Shown one piece after another: positions 60,759-64,000 of a DNA stretch of 64,000 nucleotides (positions are counted from its first letter, which is position 1; every line of letters starts with the position of its first letter). Made by a program: the position numbers and the translations under genes. Source of the DNA: Laetmonice hystrix (taxonomy: Eukaryota). The notes under the pieces are model-generated. The model was not told where the DNA came from, did not search any database, and was given only the letters and a program-made list of their open reading frames with translations. The stretch covers positions 20,398,001 through 20,462,000 of the forward strand of contig OZ249440.1 in the NCBI GenBank assembly GCA_965235115.1, read 5' to 3'.

Positions 60759-63700
60759 TTGGGGAGTAGGGTTAGCAGAAACCTTGTCCTTCGTCTATGT
60801 TTTCATCTCACCTCACCGCAACTGCGCATGTGCCAGAGCGGCATTGACTTGGAAAAAACTCCGTCGCGACACCTTAAGATCCTTCTCGCCGTGCTATTAA
60901 AGGCAATCGACCTGCATTTTAATCAATTATTTGGCTCAGTTTAATCTGCAGTGTATTGGATTGTAATATTCAGGTGGCGGAGTGGGCGGTCTTCCCAGTG
61001 TACATATAAGGGCTTTGTTCTGACACATTGAGTTTTAAAAGCCTGAGGTCGGAATCATGCATCAAACACCAAAGTTCATTATAAGGCAGCCATAATGTAC
61101 AAGAGAAACGACTGATCAATTATACAGAGGGTGTTTCGTCATTTCTGTTCGTTTACCTCGATTATCGACCAACAGCGCACATTATGGTTGTAATATATTT
61201 CAACTCATCAGGGTAATTAGATTACAGCAAACCACCATTACCAGACCGCATCGACCGGTTCACTGTCATTGTATTCACACAGCAATTAACAATGTTCACC
61301 GCCAAATGAGCAGTCCATTGTGGGGTGAGCAGCGGCGGTTTAACTACTAGTCAGGTGGCCAATCAATCCGGTAACTAGATAAACTGATTGTCGATGGATA
61401 CACCACGTGATGTCCTCCTACTCGAGACGCCGGCGTCTCTTTACATCCGCAGACACCGTGAAGGTATTACAATATAGGTCTTATTTTGTCACAAAATAGG
61501 CACATATTGCAAAATAGGGGTTATTTTATTACGAAATGGGCACATACCACAGATGTTATTTTTGAACCGGATTATAATAATTGAATGATTTAGTTAACCT
61601 GTGCTGTGGGTTTAATTTTTCAAACCAGAGAGCCTTAAGTTTAAACACAATTAATTTAAAACGGGGCCCAGATCCAACTTGAAGTCGGCAGCTCCACAAC
61701 AGGTAGACGAACCTGGCGAGGTGCGGGGGCAAACACGATAAACACGCCATCTATTGGCGGAGCTTAGCGGAAACTGCCGAACTATGGCGGAAAGGGCCGA
61801 ACTGGATAAAACACGGCCCGACCAAGACCGGCGACGTGGTCGTCATGGGGGCGACGGCTAATTACATTCACAGACAACTGCTCAGTGTACAATGTAACAC
61901 AATTCCCAGTGAGGACATGTGCACATTGACTGCAGTATTTGCCCTCTTTGCATATCTCTCTGGCGCTCCCAAGCATTTGAACATGGCTTTTGCCCTTTGC
62001 AGAAAGGCAATGAATTGGTATTATTTATTAAACTGCGTCGGGTTTCTTTCTAGCTTGGCGGGCGAATTTGGCAGTTACTCCAAGTCAGGCATGTCACAAC
62101 AAAAAGACGTGAAATATATACTCGCTGGTTTGTTCAGGATACTCTGGTGTATTAGTTTTGGGGTGTCAAGTATGTGTTAGAATTCATGATGAATTCGTCC
62201 ATCATTATGGATAAATATGTGCAGAGTGTCATATGTATGTGTGCAAATACACTTCCTGAGGTTTTTATCACCACCTCATGCCGTGTGGGCGCCAGCCGGA
62301 TTTCTTTTGCTGAAAATGTAACCGTTCCTCGAATACCTTTATCGGCTTTGACCAGAAATCGCGCCATGAGATATCCTTGATCGATGATGACAATGAAACT
62401 TCTTAGAAGAAGATGTTCACAGCTAACCCGTACAAGCAGACGGTCGGTACGGTCATATATCCTGTGTACACTACTACAAAAATTGTGGATAAAACCATAT
62501 TTCAGAAATGTAGGAGGTCAGGCACTGCATAATTTGTTTTATATATGATTTATCGCCGCTATACCATCAGAGTGTTGAAAAGTCTGGAGGGGAGGATGAG
62601 AATGTGTTCCAGCAGGAAATGGCGATATATTCAGTAATATAGAGGTTCACCTCCGGAAGTTTGTGTGTGGTCCAGTTGTGGAGAAATTGTCTTTCTTTTG
62701 TTGGTGATTTCTTGCGGTTTGTAATTCTCGTATCATCTGCGTTCATTCGGGACAGAATGATTGTAACGGGGCATTCGTGATCCAGCATCAAGGGGATCTC
62801 ATGCAACTGTTATAAAACACGGGTAGGTTTAGGGTGGGTCGGGTGTGGAGTTACATCATGACCTACCAGGGGTTCGAGGGTATACATTACAGGTTGAACA
62901 CTCCTGAGGGCTCAGCGCCCAGCGTGAATTTAAGGAGGCCCCTTCAGCGGACTCTCACTATTACCAGAGGAGAATGAGTGTCCTGTAGGGTTTTACGTTC
63001 CCTTTGTGCATTTGTCTGCATTTAGGACAGTGATTACATATGAATACGAATGGAATCGATCATTTATAAGGGATCATGCGACTCCTTCCCATCGATCCCT
63101 GTCGGTATTCATCCATATCGAACATTCAGGTTTGTGTGCTAAGTACGTAAGTGGGGAGGGGACATCATCTACTTGCTAATAACCCCAGGATCCTCTATTG
63201 TACTCTAGAACAGGAATACTCTGTGTCACTTTGACCACCCCTGGCGGTGAGTATCTGAAACACAACGTCGGGAGGGTAATAGTTCTCGTCCTGTCACTCG
63301 TCCTTTGTCCGCCTACGGCGCCACAGTCGCCGGATACAACGAGATGGCGGCACCCGCAGTGCATGCCGGGTCGTTCAAGGGATAACAGTTGTAGTGTGGG
63401 TATCTCTGGGTGTCAGACCTGGGAGTTTATCGATGTTATTGTAGCCATACAAGAGGTATATCATCTAAATTAAAATACCATTATTTCAGAGCCGTTAAAT
63501 AACATAAGCATGCACAACTTTACTAGCATTCAGAAGGACTTCAGATTTTTGTATGCTATTATCCATTTGTTTGTCTTTAAGACTTACGGTAATGTACCGA
63601 GTGGGATGTGTTTGCATTGCAATATTAAAGATGCATCATCAGAGACTAGTAACTGCCGCTTTCGCTGCCTAAGTTCTCTCCCACGATTACTCATGGCACG

Positions 63701-63821
63701 AACAGCAGTAGATATCTATGCTTTACGAAAGAGGATACGAAAATATAGTTCAAGCTTCCACCTACGGACGATTAAAACGATTCAAATTGTAGAGATATTG
63801 CCTCGCAAATCGTCCACGTAA
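60759..63821 (+). pseudogene. Decayed RI-type leucine-rich-repeat block (probable NLR C-terminus)
   Basis: Plus-strand ORF fragments: LLKAIDLHFNQL, QLLSVQCNTIPSEDMCTL, LEFMMNSSIIMDKYVQSV..ANTLPEVFITTSCRVG, LTTPGGEYLKH, LHCNIKDASSET and CLSSLPRLLMART. All approximate LxxLxLxxN/CxIxDxG. Confidence 0.4.
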
Positions 63822-64000
63822 ATATTAATTTTCTGTATCAGTTATAGATTATAAAGTACATAATGGAGTAAGTAATGTAACCTTGGTATGTTTATACGGT
63901 TCATTTATTTTTCATATTGCACTCTATATCTTTACGGTCATGTCTGGCTATTTCACAATGAATTTGCTTCGCCTTCAATATACCACGCTGTTCGTGTCCA

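Overview
This window looks like non-coding, repeat-rich metazoan (probably invertebrate) genomic DNA from a gapped assembly, with two N gaps. I found no intact protein-coding gene, rRNA, tRNA or CRISPR array. All long ORFs in the supplied track are read-throughs of tandem repeats. Three components are visible. (1) About a dozen mutually unrelated, internally very homogeneous minisatellite arrays (units 22-71 bp) plus GA/CT/CCT microsatellites. (2) Old fragments of LINE retrotransposons (L2/CR1-like), DIRS/Ngaro-like reverse transcriptases and two MITEs. (3) My main hypothesis: many decayed NLR (NACHT-LRR) immune-receptor gene relics on both strands, recognised by eye from motif order in broken reading frames. 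The NLR calls are pattern recognition on heavily eroded sequence without an HMM search, so confidence per relic is moderate to low. If they hold, the window is an NLR gene graveyard interleaved with recently amplified minisatellites, several of which carry repeated transcription-factor-like motifs (kappaB-like, CRE, E-box, CCAAT).
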